DNA of 11,752 bases from a bacterium (GCA_040752695.1 JBFMGO010000146.1:1-11752); one strand, 5' to 3'. Positions 1 through 9,167 are shown, counted from the first letter of the stretch. Notes: generated by a model not told the origin, from the letters alone. Numbers and translations: made by a program.

Positions 1-135
1 AAGCGAAGTAATGACCCCGATCTGCCATCCCTTGAACCCAAGTTGCAGGAAGTAAAGAGGAATCAGGAAAAAGACCGCGCTGATGGTCAGTTTTCTGCTG
101 AAATTAATGAAATGAATCTGCCTCAGTGGGGTCAT
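1..135 (-). CDS. Probable MFS-type membrane transporter, N-terminus only (runs off the window)
   Basis: Manual translation from ATG at 135: MTPLRQIHFINFSRKLTISAVFFLIPLYFLQLGFKGWQIGVITSL, open to the edge. The 'PLYFxxLGFxxxQIGxIxS' pattern resembles MFS TM1-TM2. Not in the ORF track; start codon uncertain. Confidence 0.6.
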   Translation of the reverse strand, partial: MTPLRQIHFINFSRKLTISAVFFLIPLYFLQLGFKGWQIGVITSL

Positions 136-1138
136 ATGTTCCCGGAATGGAGTGGACTTATCGGCGTGCGGAAAAGCCACGTAGTGTAAAAGCGCCGTCT
201 GGCGGTTTGTGCGCTCAATCTGGGCAGCATGAATCTTCCCTCAAAGGTTCGGTCACTCCCGATGCCTGTAAGACAGACTTTTCATGTACCGGCATTGCGA
301 TGTGACATTCAAAGCATTCCGTTATTGGCATGCCGTCGTAACACTCACACCCTTTGCGTTGGACAGCGGTACTTTAATCTTAAACAGCAGTGCTTTCATA
401 AGGTGGGGCAAAGGCCCTATCCTATACCGTTTTAATCCAGCATAGCCCGGTTCCCAAACTCTCCCATCTCAACATTTCGTTCGTTAGCCGCTTTGCCTCA
501 TGATAGGAAAAAGACAGCTTCGGTGACAGGCAATAACTGCATTATAAAATAGAGGATGGGGCTCTTGACCCATCAATAATACACGAAACACGCTTAAGCA
601 GCAAGTCCAATTTCCGGGGAAACATAAACCAAGATAAGAGCACTCGTTATGATTAAACTCATTCTTCGGCGGTTAGCCATTCCAGCGGGATTTCAGCATT
701 TTTCACTCCAACAAAAGCGAAGTAGTACAGAGGTGTTCCCCGGACTGACAGCCGATGCCGGTAACGCTTCTTGGAGTATACTTCAAAGGTCCCCTTACCG
801 TACGGCCATTGTCCTGATCACTTTTTGGTATGGACCATGTGGAGCTAAAATCGTTCCTCTATCTTTGGGCTTAATAAGGAAATTCCATGACACGTTGGGC
901 ATCAAACGTATCAGGAAAAATAGAAATTCAACAATATAGAAGTTAGATAAAATTCGTGTACAATGCCGATCTTGGTATGATGATGGTTTGAGAAGAGATG
1001 CTGGTTGAATGGTTAAGGCAAAATCTTATGAGTAAAATCCGGCTTGGTTTCTCCATAAAAGTTGCAGAGGGAGCTGGATTTCGAAGACTGATTCTTTTAC
1101 CTTAAAAGGGCTTCATAAATAATGGCTTGGAGGTATCA

Positions 1139-2368
1139 ATGTCAGGATTTTTTTCCCGTTCCCTGCGGGCGCTGAAGGCTGATGGCTGTCGCCGTTCGAT
1201 TTTGAGCCTTCTTTTTGCGTTTTGTGTTTTGTGTTGTTGGGCGGCCTGGTTTCTTCTGGCAAGGGTCACGCTTTATGAAGTAAGCGGAGCGGCCCTGGTG
1301 GAGCTGGATCGAGTAGCCTGTTCCCTGGACGCGCCGGTAAGGGGCAGGATCGTAGCTAATCACATGGTATTGGGACGCGAGGTACTGGCCGGAGACATGC
1401 TCGTTGAGTTTGATACTGCAACTGAGCGCCTTATGGTGGAAGAAGAGAAAGCCAATATTGCCGCCCTCACCCGTCAGATCGAGGCACTTTCTCATGAACT
1501 GAAAGCGCAAAATCAAGCCCACTATGAATATCAGCAGATGACCCGCAGAGCGATTGATGAGGCCAGAGCCAATTATCGGCAAGCGGAGGTGGATTTTGTG
1601 CTCATGGAGGATGATTTGAAGCGTTCGGAAGCCTTACATGCTGTGGGTATTGTACCAGAGGCCGAATTGTTTCGGGCCAGGGCCGAGGTGCAAAAGCATC
1701 GTGAGGCGGCTGATGCACTTAGTCTGCGCATTCATCAAATGGAATGGGAGGAGAAGAATCATACGAGTGAAAACAGGGTGCGCTTAGAGCAGATCAGACG
1801 TGAAATGGCCATGATGCAAGGGGAAATAGCTGCCAAGAGCCTGGCTGTTGAGCGGCTTACCTGCGAAATCGATAAAAGTTATATTCGGGCACCGGTGGCT
1901 GGCCGAATCGATGGAATTAAAGATGTGCGGGTAGGATCGGTAGTTCAGGAGGGAGAAAGACTCGGGACGATTCTTCCCCCTGGAAAGCTCAGGATTGCAG
2001 CGGATTTTTCCCCGTCGGTAGCGGTTGGTCGCATCATTCCCGGCCAGAGAGCACAATTGCGGCTGGACAGTTTCCCGTGGACCCAGTACGGCAGTATTCC
2101 AGCAACGGTGGCCACGGTTGCCCGTGAAGTCAGAGATGGGCATATCAGGGCGGAGCTTGCCATAAACACACACGCTGCTCCTCCCATTACCCTTCAGCAC
2201 GGACTGTCAGGATCGGTCGAAGTCGAGGTTGAACGCGTTACTCCCAAGGATTTGATCCTGCGGGCTGTAGGAAAACTGCTTACAAGGCCAAGCGGTTTTT
2301 CAGGTTCGCCCTCTGGGCCTGGCCTGGCCGCATCCACAGTACCTGGAGGTCATGATGACAGCAGATAG
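1139..2368 (+). CDS. HlyD-family membrane fusion (periplasmic adaptor) protein of a type I peptide exporter
   Basis: N-terminal TM segment, lipoyl-like halves (APVRGRIV...GREVLAGDMLVEFD; IRAPVAGRI...GSVVQEGERLGTI), long coiled coil, C-terminal 'FPWTQYGSIPATV'. GGAGGT at 1129-1134 favours ATG 1139 over TTG 1127. Confidence 0.93.
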   Translation: MSGFFSRSLRALKADGCRRSILSLLFAFCVLCCWAAWFLLARVTLYEVSGAALVELDRVACSLDAPVRGRIVANHMVLGREVLAGDMLVEFDTATERLMVEEEKANIAALTRQIEALSHELKAQNQAHYEYQQMTRRAIDEARANYRQAEVDFVLMEDDLKRSEALHAVGIVPEAELFRARAEVQKHREAADALSLRIHQMEWEEKNHTSENRVRLEQIRREMAMMQGEIAAKSLAVERLTCEIDKSYIRAPVAGRIDGIKDVRVGSVVQEGERLGTILPPGKLRIAADFSPSVAVGRIIPGQRAQLRLDSFPWTQYGSIPATVATVAREVRDGHIRAELAINTHAAPPITLQHGLSGSVEVEVERVTPKDLILRAVGKLLTRPSGFSGSPSGPGLAASTVPGGHDDSR

Positions 2369-5300
2369 ACCCAGGGGAGGGGGAATGGCCGGGTTATTCC
2401 GGCACTTGGGCCAAAACCGCCGATTGGTGGTCCCTGAGATCGTCCAGACCTCGTCTATGGACTGTGGCCCTGCCTCGCTCAAGTGCCTGCTCGAAGGATT
2501 CGGCATTCAGGTAAGTTACGGCAGGCTCCGTGAGGCATGTCAGACCGATGTGGATGGCACTTCCATGAATACGCTGGAAGAGGTTGCCATGCAGCTTGGT
2601 CTTGAAGCAGAGCAGATCATATTGCCGGTTGACCATCTGATACTGCCTGAGGCCAGGGCCTTTCCTGCCATAGCCGCTGTCAGACATCCAAGCGGGATCA
2701 CCCATTTCGTTGTTATCTGGCGACTGCATGCCCGGGGCAGGATCATTCAGATCATGGATCCTGCAACCGGCCGCAGATGGCCGAGGCGGCAAAAGTTTCT
2801 CGATGAGATTTATGTGCACACCATGCCGGTTCCAGCCGGAGCCTGGAGGGAATGGGCTGGTTCGCCCGAATTCGTGATCGTTTTGTGTCGCAGAATGAAG
2901 CACCTTGGCCTCTCCCGATGGAAAACGATCCAGCTTGTCCAGGAGGCACTCAAGGATCAAGGCTGGCAATCGATGGCATCGTTGGATGCCTCCATTCGGA
3001 TGGTCACCTCATTGGTCCATTCCACAGGACTTAAGGAAGGCCGACATGCTTACCGGATAACGAAGGCGTTCTTCGAGCGTTGCCGGGAGGCTCTAAAAGA
3101 GCAGCCCCAGAAAGCGGCCATGATCATACCAGCAGCCTATTGGTCGGTGCAGCCAGTACCCCTTGCGGCACCATCGGCAGAAGAACAGCTTCTTTTGCGG
3201 GGTGCCGTGCTGGTCCGGGCACTTGGAAGGCGAGTGACACCAGCAGGGTGTACCAAAACAGCGGGTGAAAAGACTCCGGCAGGTGACAGCATCCTAACAG
3301 GCGATAGTATCCCAACAGGCGATAGTATCCCGGCAGGTGATACTACCCTGGCAGGCGAAAATACCATAGCGGGTGAGGGTATTCCAAAAGATGAAGTATC
3401 CCGTGCGGGCATGGATCAAAGTCAGGGGATACATCCTGAGCCTGCTTCCCTTTCTCCGGAACTTCGGGCTGCCCTGGAAGAAAAGCCCATACGGCCGGGG
3501 CGGGAGATTCTTGGGTTTTTAGCCAGGGATGGTTTCCTTTCGCCTTTTTTTCTCCTGACTGCCCTGGCTGTGGCCTCTGCCAGTGTGGTCATTCAGGCGC
3601 TTTTGTTTCGCGGGCTTTTCGAAATTGGCCGTGACCTTGGTCTGGCCGGGCAGAGACTCGAGGTAATGGGTGCGGTGGTTATTTTCGCCCTGGCGATTCT
3701 CCTTCTCGAACTTCCGATCGCTACAGAGATGCTGCGGCTTGGGCGTCACATAGAGTCTCGTCTTCGCCTTGCTTTCATGGAGAAGATCCCGCGGCTTCAC
3801 GATCGATACTTCCAGAGCCGTCTTACCTCGGATATGGCCGAGCGCAGCCACAGTGTTCATACTCTCCGGATCCTGCCAAGCCTCGGCGGGCAGTTCATCA
3901 GGACAACCTTCGAACTGGCTCTGACGACAGGAGCAATGGCCTGGCTTTATCCGTCAAGCGGTCCTATAGCACTTGCCACAGCAGTGCTTGGTGTAGCACT
4001 GCCCCTGGCAGCCAATCCATATCTGGAAGAGCAAAGCCTAAGGGTACGTAACCACAGCGGTGCACTCAGCCGTTTTTACCTCGATGGGATGCTTGGTCTT
4101 GTGGCAGTGCGCGCGCACGGAGCGGAAAGGGCGGTGCGCAGGGAACATGAAGACCTGCTGGTCGAATGGGCCAATGCGGGCCTTGGATTCCAGGCTGGCG
4201 TGGTCGTGATCGAAGGCGTGCAATCTTTGATCGGTTTCGGACTGGCTGCCTGGCTTTTGTTCAATTACATGGCCACAGGGGGGGATGCCCAAGGAGTGCT
4301 CCTTCTGGTGTACTGGGCACTCAACCTGCCAAACCTTGGTCAGACCATTGCCACTTTAGCCAGACAATACCCGAATCAGCGCAGCGTCATGCTCAGGCTT
4401 GTCGAGCCTCTTGGAGCTCCCGAAGATCCGACGAGGGCCGATGGACTGAAAGAATCCGAAGGATTGAGAGAAAGTGACCAGGCATCGAATCAGAAAGAAT
4501 CACGCGGCGAAGTATCCTGCAATAAGCAGTTGCCTTGCGGCGTGACGGAAAAAGAGTGCGTAAGTCAGGCCTCTGATGCAGGCTATCCGCCTCTTCTGGC
4601 ACACCCTGGGCCAAAGAGCCGGGGGGTGTCCCTGCAGTTCCAGGGCGTGAGCGTGCGGGTAGCAGGACAAACCGTGCTTGAGGGGATCGATCTGGCCATA
4701 GAGCCGGGAAAACATGTAGCCATCGTCGGCCGGTCGGGTGCCGGCAAATCGAGTCTTGTCGGCGTCCTTCTCGGCTGGTACCGGCCAGTTAAAGGTCAGG
4801 TTCTGGTCGATGGATACCCTCTGAATGCCGACCGGATCGATCACCTACGCCACGAGACTGCCTGGGTGGACCCTTCTGTCCAGCTTTGGAACCGCTCTTT
4901 GATCGATAACCTTTACTATGGAATCTCCCCTGACACCTCTTTACCGATCGACACGGCAATCAAAGCGGCCGGACTGCACGGTGTGCTGGGGAGGCTGTCC
5001 GCAGGGTTTCAAACATCCCTTGGCGAGGGAGGCTCTTTGGTTTCGGGTGGAGAGGGGCAAAGGGTCCGCCTTGGAAGGGCCATGCTCAGGCCGGGTGTGA
5101 GGCTGGTGATTCTGGATGAGCCATTCAGGGGGCTCGACCACCGGCAGCGTCAGGATCTTCTTTGCAACAGCAGGGAGTTGTGGCCAGATGCCACCTTACT
5201 GTGCGTAACGCATGATGTGGCCGAAACCGGAGGCTTTGACCAGGTGATCGTGATGGAAGAGGGCAAGATCATGGAAACAGGCTCTGCGAATGAACTCAAA

Positions 5301-5522
5301 ACCCGGCGCAACTCCCGGTATCAGTCCATAGTAAAGGTGGAAGATGCCGTAAGGAAAGGTTTCTGGTCAAGTACCTCCTGGCGAAGGCTGCGGCTCGATG
5401 CCGGACAACTGATCGAGAATACTGCCGAATTGGAGGATACTGCCGAATTGGAGGATACTGCCGCATTGGAGGATACCACCGAATGGGAGAACGCAGCCGA
5501 ATGGGAGGAGAAAGTAAAGTGA
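2352..5522 (+). CDS. Peptidase-containing ABC transporter (C39 peptidase + TMD + NBD)
   Basis: C39 motifs QTSSMDCGPASL (Cys), HFVV (His), IMDPA (Asp); TM helices; Walker A GRSGAGKS, signature VSGGEGQR, Walker B VILDE, H-loop VTHD. Overlaps the HlyD stop. RBS GGAGGT at 2345-2350; ATG 2355 is equally plausible. Confidence 0.95.
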   Translation: MMTADRPRGGGMAGLFRHLGQNRRLVVPEIVQTSSMDCGPASLKCLLEGFGIQVSYGRLREACQTDVDGTSMNTLEEVAMQLGLEAEQIILPVDHLILPEARAFPAIAAVRHPSGITHFVVIWRLHARGRIIQIMDPATGRRWPRRQKFLDEIYVHTMPVPAGAWREWAGSPEFVIVLCRRMKHLGLSRWKTIQLVQEALKDQGWQSMASLDASIRMVTSLVHSTGLKEGRHAYRITKAFFERCREALKEQPQKAAMIIPAAYWSVQPVPLAAPSAEEQLLLRGAVLVRALGRRVTPAGCTKTAGEKTPAGDSILTGDSIPTGDSIPAGDTTLAGENTIAGEGIPKDEVSRAGMDQSQGIHPEPASLSPELRAALEEKPIRPGREILGFLARDGFLSPFFLLTALAVASASVVIQALLFRGLFEIGRDLGLAGQRLEVMGAVVIFALAILLLELPIATEMLRLGRHIESRLRLAFMEKIPRLHDRYFQSRLTSDMAERSHSVHTLRILPSLGGQFIRTTFELALTTGAMAWLYPSSGPIALATAVLGVALPLAANPYLEEQSLRVRNHSGALSRFYLDGMLGLVAVRAHGAERAVRREHEDLLVEWANAGLGFQAGVVVIEGVQSLIGFGLAAWLLFNYMATGGDAQGVLLLVYWALNLPNLGQTIATLARQYPNQRSVMLRLVEPLGAPEDPTRADGLKESEGLRESDQASNQKESRGEVSCNKQLPCGVTEKECVSQASDAGYPPLLAHPGPKSRGVSLQFQGVSVRVAGQTVLEGIDLAIEPGKHVAIVGRSGAGKSSLVGVLLGWYRPVKGQVLVDGYPLNADRIDHLRHETAWVDPSVQLWNRSLIDNLYYGISPDTSLPIDTAIKAAGLHGVLGRLSAGFQTSLGEGGSLVSGGEGQRVRLGRAMLRPGVRLVILDEPFRGLDHRQRQDLLCNSRELWPDATLLCVTHDVAETGGFDQVIVMEEGKIMETGSANELKTRRNSRYQSIVKVEDAVRKGFWSSTSWRRLRLDAGQLIENTAELEDTAELEDTAALEDTTEWENAAEWEEKVK
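3261..3386 (+). repeat. In-frame 18-nt tandem repeat, 7 degenerate units (AGEKTP AGDSIL TGDSIP TGDSIP AGDTTL AGENTI AGEGIP)
   Basis: Read directly, e.g. acaggcgatagtatccca / acaggcgatagtatcccg; lies in the linker before the TMD. Confidence 0.9.
5415..5504 (+). repeat. In-frame 18-nt tandem repeat, 5 units (ENTAEL EDTAEL EDTAAL EDTTEW ENAAEW)
   Basis: gagaatactgccgaattg / gaggatactgccgaattg / gaggatactgccgcattg / gaggataccaccgaatgg / gagaacgcagccgaatgg. Confidence 0.92.
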
Positions 5523-7744
5523 CGGGGCATAGAAAAGGAATGGAAACCTCTTCAGTCGATGCTCTCTCCTGGCCGGTATCCCGGCTCGGCGAAGCGCTGG
5601 AAATTCTGGCCAGAAAAAGCTCACTGAAGCCTGAGCCTGTTGACCTGCCGCTTCCTCCTCAAAGCATCATTCAGTCCAGAATCGAGGATCGCGGGAGTTT
5701 CGAAGCGCTGAGCCGGTGGATCGATATGGCGGTCAGTTGTCTGGGTTTCGAGGTTGAACCGGTTGAAATCACGTATGCCATGGCCGGGCAAATCCTGCAT
5801 CGTGCCGGTCCCGCCCTCATCCTTTTGCCCAATGGGCCTTGTAAGGGAGAGGCGCGCTTTTTGGTCCTGCTCCCCGACCGGAAAAGCGGGCGCAGGCAGA
5901 ACACGAAAGGGATATCCATTCTGGGGCCCGACCATACTTCACAGCGTATCTCCCAGGAAGCTGTCCGCAAGAGGCTTTGCCAGGGGCTGGAAGAGCAGAT
6001 CGTGTCCGAAATAGACCAATTGCTCAACGAAGTCAGGGTTCCCGGGCAGCGGCAGCGACAAGCACGGTCGGCCATTTTGGCAGAGCATCTTGGCCCCGCT
6101 CAGGTGAGCAACTGCTGGCTCCTTCGCCTGTCGCCGGGGGCAAGCTTCTGGCGACAGATATGCCAGGCGCGCTTGCCCCGCTCCTTCTTTATCCTGACCG
6201 GTGCCTACATCGTCCAATATACTTTGATGATTTTGGCCTGGTGGGTCATAGGCAGGGGCGCTCTTTCGGGGCATTTTGACCGGGGATGGCTCCTGGCCTG
6301 GGCACTGCTTTTACTCAGCGTCGTCCCCTTCCAGATGATCGTGACCTGGTATCAGGGACTATTGGCCATCAATGCCGGAGGGCTCCTGAAGCAGCGGCTC
6401 CTGTATGGCGCCCTGCAACTGGAGCCGGAGGAGATAAGCCAAAAGGGTGCAGGGCAACTCCTCGGACAGGTCATCGAATCCGAGGCGCTCGAGTCCCTGG
6501 CCCTGAATGGCGGGTTTACCAGTATGGCCATGATAATCGAGCTGATTGCAGCAGGAGCTGTTCTTCTGGTTGGGGCAGCGGGAAAGCTCAACAGTATTCT
6601 GTTCCTGGTCTGGCTGCTGGTTTCTCTTTTTTTGGGGTGGCGCTACTTCATTCACCGCCAGCTTTGGACCGGCATGCGCCTTGAGATGACCAATGATCTG
6701 GTCGAGCGAATGGTTGGCCACAGGACACGGATTGCACAACAGAGGCGCGAGCACTGGCATGATGGTGAAGATCAGGCAATGGAGCGCTATCTTGAGCTGT
6801 CAAAGAAAATGGATGAAAAGTCGGTCCTGCTCACGACCCTCGTCCCATCCGGCTGGCTGGTTCTGGGATTGATCGGGCTTACCATCGTTTTCGTCTCCGG
6901 CGGGGGAGAAACTACAGCTCAGATGGCCGTTGGTCTGGGTGGAATCCTGCTTGCCGCCCGTGCTTTGGGAAAACTTCCCCAAGGACTCATGAGCCTGGCC
7001 GATACCATTATTGCCTGGAAGCAGGTGGCACTTCTTTTCCATGCGGCAGGACGCTCCAAGGAAGGCAAAGCCTCTCCCTCCTGTCTCGTTCATATCCATG
7101 ACAGCTCCAAGAGTCCGCAGCAGGAGGATAAGAATCCGGTCCTTGAGGCGCATAACCTCGCCTTCCGCTATCGGCCCCGCAGCGAGCCGGTTATCCTCGG
7201 ATGCAGCCTGAAGATCAGGGCCAAAGACCAACTCCTCCTCGAAGGGCCTTCAGGCGGAGGCAAATCCACCCTGGCCTCTCTTTTTATCGGATTGCGGTCG
7301 CCTGAGTCCGGGCTTCTCCTTTTGCGGGGTCTTGACCTTTCGACCATAGGAGCGCAAGGCTGGCGGCGCAGGGTAGTGGCAGCTCCTCAATTTCATGAAA
7401 ACCATGTCCTTACCGGCTCTTTTGCCTTCAATCTCCTGATGGGACGCCGGTGGCCGCCGCTGCCCGGTGACCTTGAAGAGGCCGAAGCAGTCTGCCGCAG
7501 ACTCGGTCTTGGAGACCTGCTCGACCGTATGCCGGCAGGACTGATGCAAATGGTTGGTGAGACCGGATGGCAACTCTCCCACGGAGAAAAGAGCCGGCTC
7601 TATATCGCCAGGGCCATGCTCCAGTGCGCTGACCTCATTATCCTCGACGAGAGCTTCGCTGCGCTTGATCCCGAGAGCCTCTATCAGGCCCTTGGCTACG
7701 TTCTTGAGCAGGCTCCCACCCTTTTGGTTATTGCCCACCCATAA
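5519..7744 (+). CDS. Second ABC transporter (TMD + NBD, no catalytic C39 motif); likely heterodimer partner
   Basis: TM helices; Walker A GPSGGGKST, degenerate signature LSHGEKSR, Walker B IILDE, H-loop IAHP at the extreme C-terminus. GTG 5519 overlaps the upstream TGA (GTGA) with GGGAGGAG at 5503-5510. The ORF track starts at 5483. Confidence 0.9.
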   Translation: MTGHRKGMETSSVDALSWPVSRLGEALEILARKSSLKPEPVDLPLPPQSIIQSRIEDRGSFEALSRWIDMAVSCLGFEVEPVEITYAMAGQILHRAGPALILLPNGPCKGEARFLVLLPDRKSGRRQNTKGISILGPDHTSQRISQEAVRKRLCQGLEEQIVSEIDQLLNEVRVPGQRQRQARSAILAEHLGPAQVSNCWLLRLSPGASFWRQICQARLPRSFFILTGAYIVQYTLMILAWWVIGRGALSGHFDRGWLLAWALLLLSVVPFQMIVTWYQGLLAINAGGLLKQRLLYGALQLEPEEISQKGAGQLLGQVIESEALESLALNGGFTSMAMIIELIAAGAVLLVGAAGKLNSILFLVWLLVSLFLGWRYFIHRQLWTGMRLEMTNDLVERMVGHRTRIAQQRREHWHDGEDQAMERYLELSKKMDEKSVLLTTLVPSGWLVLGLIGLTIVFVSGGGETTAQMAVGLGGILLAARALGKLPQGLMSLADTIIAWKQVALLFHAAGRSKEGKASPSCLVHIHDSSKSPQQEDKNPVLEAHNLAFRYRPRSEPVILGCSLKIRAKDQLLLEGPSGGGKSTLASLFIGLRSPESGLLLLRGLDLSTIGAQGWRRRVVAAPQFHENHVLTGSFAFNLLMGRRWPPLPGDLEEAEAVCRRLGLGDLLDRMPAGLMQMVGETGWQLSHGEKSRLYIARAMLQCADLIILDESFAALDPESLYQALGYVLEQAPTLLVIAHP

Positions 7745-8009
7745 AGGCGCCATTCAGAGCCATTCACAGAGCCTGTAGGGCGAAATTGTGGCTTTATGTG
7801 GCTCCTGTCTTTCGGGCGCGGGCCTTTGAACCTTTGCTTGACAGAGCTTAACGCGCTTTTATGCGTAATCCGTTCCCCTCTCCCTGAGCTGTAAAAACCA
7901 CTCTTACAATACCCTTGGACGTATCTTTTTCTGTAAATTCGCAAGAGGGATTTTCCCTCAATGCAGGTGCTTATTTCACGAGCTTATCGGAGTCATAAAG
8001 GACTATCTC

Positions 8010-8130
8010 GCCTTTTAAACCTAAATTAAACGTAAAATTTACATTTTAATTTAATAAAAAATACATTGAAAAGTAGTAAATAATATGTACCTATAATGAC
8101 GATATATGTTCAGTGTTAATTATTGAGAAA
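8010..8130 (+). promoter_or_regulatory. AT-rich putative promoter/operator region upstream of the peptide array
   Basis: Very AT-rich; TATAAT at 8092-8097; TTGAAA at 8066-8071 with non-canonical 20-nt spacing; imperfect dyad at 8022-8053. Confidence 0.35.
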
Positions 8131-8326
8131 TGTACAGCATTAAAAGACGCAGGGCGAGGACTAAAGGGCAAGAGAGAATGTTATCAATCCATTGAAGAGA
8201 TTGGAAGGTATCAAAGGGAGAAGGGAAATAAGAATTTAATGCATAGAAAAAACGCATATAAAGGGCAAAAATGCGTATAAATTGCAAAGAATTAAGGTGC
8301 TGGCTTGGTTCCCGAAAGAGGAGTCC

Positions 8327-8362
8327 CCTTCAGTCGAAACCTGACAGATTACAAGCTGAAGG
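8327..8362 (+). promoter_or_regulatory. Leader hairpin A, copy 1
   Basis: CCTTCAGT...GCTGAAGG, ends 34 nt before the peptide 1 start. Confidence 0.6.
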
Positions 8363-8396
8363 AAATGCTTATAATGGTAAAGGAGGAGGTGAAAGA

Positions 8397-8507
8397 GTGA
8401 AGATATCCACCAATCTGAAAGCCGGTTTTAGAGTGACTCCCTGGAGTTTGAATATCTGGTGTTTCAGTGGAATGACTCCTTGGTCTTGTTTCCATTCGTT
8501 TGCCTAG
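8397..8507 (+). CDS. Precursor peptide 1, 36 aa: MKISTNLKAG-FRVTPWSLNIWCFSGMTPWSCFHSFA
   Basis: GTG start after GGAGGAGGTGA; paralogous to five neighbours. The ORF track extends it to 8271. Confidence 0.92.
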   Translation: MKISTNLKAGFRVTPWSLNIWCFSGMTPWSCFHSFA

Positions 8508-8558
8508 GATCATACAGGCGGATGGGTAAGGATATGGATCTGATTTAAGAGGGCATAT

Positions 8559-8599
8559 TTATCTTCTAAAGACGGCACACGGTGCATTGTGGAGGATAA
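8559..8599 (+). other. Intergenic hairpin B, degenerate copy after peptide 1
   Basis: TTATCTTCTA / TGGAGGATAA (10 pairs including 2 G-U), inner GCAC/GTGC; 3' arm continues ATAAGAGCGTC as in other copies. Confidence 0.45.
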
Positions 8600-8658
8600 G
8601 AGCGTCACTCTCGGACAGCAAGCCAAAGGGGCCAGGAAGGGGTATAGATACGTGCGCC

Positions 8659-8696
8659 CCTTCAGCCAAAAGCAGGCATAGCCATGAGGCTGGAGG
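8659..8696 (+). promoter_or_regulatory. Leader hairpin A, copy 2
   Basis: CCTTCAGCC...GGCTGGAGG (one G-U), ends 32 nt before the ATG. Confidence 0.6.
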
Positions 8697-8728
8697 AAAA
8701 CACCAAGGACGAGGAGGTGAAAGAGACA

Positions 8729-8839
8729 ATGAAGATAACGACCAGCTTGAAAGCGGGTTTTCGTCTTACACCATGGAGTATGACTATATGGACGTTTGCC
8801 GGATTAACTCCATTTTCTTGGTTTTTTTCCTTTGCCTAG
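8729..8839 (+). CDS. Precursor peptide 2, 36 aa: MKITTSLKAG-FRLTPWSMTIWTFAGLTPFSWFFSFA
   Basis: Manual translation; RBS GAGGAGGTGA at 8711-8720; absent from the ORF track. Confidence 0.92.
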   Translation: MKITTSLKAGFRLTPWSMTIWTFAGLTPFSWFFSFA

Positions 8840-8885
8840 GAGCATACATTGCAGGGCAAAGTCTTGATAAGATAAGGTGAAGAGT

Positions 8886-8939
8886 GATGCTCTTATGAAT
8901 GAAATGGTATGGCGCATCATTTTCGGACATAAGAGCATC
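8886..8939 (+). other. Intergenic hairpin B after peptide 2
   Basis: Perfect 12-bp arms GATGCTCTTATG / CATAAGAGCATC plus inner pairing. Confidence 0.7.
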
Positions 8940-8983
8940 TCTTTCAATGGCTTCCATATGCGAACGCTCCTTAGAGCGATCGC

Positions 8984-9019
8984 CCTTCAGTCCACAGGTG
9001 GCATATGAGTGGTTGGAGG
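8984..9019 (+). promoter_or_regulatory. Leader hairpin A, copy 3
   Basis: CCTTCAGTC...GGTTGGAGG (G-U pairs), ends 29 nt before the ATG. Confidence 0.55.
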
Positions 9020-9048
9020 TAAACATCAAGGATAAGGAGGTGAAAAAT

Positions 9049-9159
9049 ATGAAGATATCAACCAACGTAAGAGCAGGTTTTCGTGTAACTCCCTGGAGTC
9101 TGAATATCTGGGCGTTAAGCGGAGTGACTCCATTCTCCTGGTTCTTTTCCTTTGCCTAA
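9049..9159 (+). CDS. Precursor peptide 3, 36 aa: MKISTNVRAG-FRVTPWSLNIWALSGVTPFSWFFSFA
   Basis: RBS TAAGGAGGTGA; corresponds to the 3' part of track ORF 8899..9159. Confidence 0.93.
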   Translation: MKISTNVRAGFRVTPWSLNIWALSGVTPFSWFFSFA

Positions 9160-9167
9160 TATTCAAC

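Noticed and set aside
215..331. Minus-strand 38-aa ORF MPITECFECHIAMPVHEK... with a CxxCH heme-binding motif
   Set aside because: No signal peptide, no clear RBS and an in-frame stop shortly upstream; a single motif can arise by chance. A cytochrome c remnant cannot be excluded without BLASTx.
229..939. Track ORFs 229..435 and 649..939 as real genes
   Set aside because: No recognisable motifs, no good RBS and unconvincing composition.
7838..7866. TTGACA at 7838-7843 as a sigma-70 -35 box
   Set aside because: No convincing -10 hexamer at 16-18 nt spacing.
1142..7944. Numerous antisense and alternate-frame ORFs over the transporter operon
   Set aside because: Shadow ORFs of long GC-rich genes that have clear motifs on the + strand.
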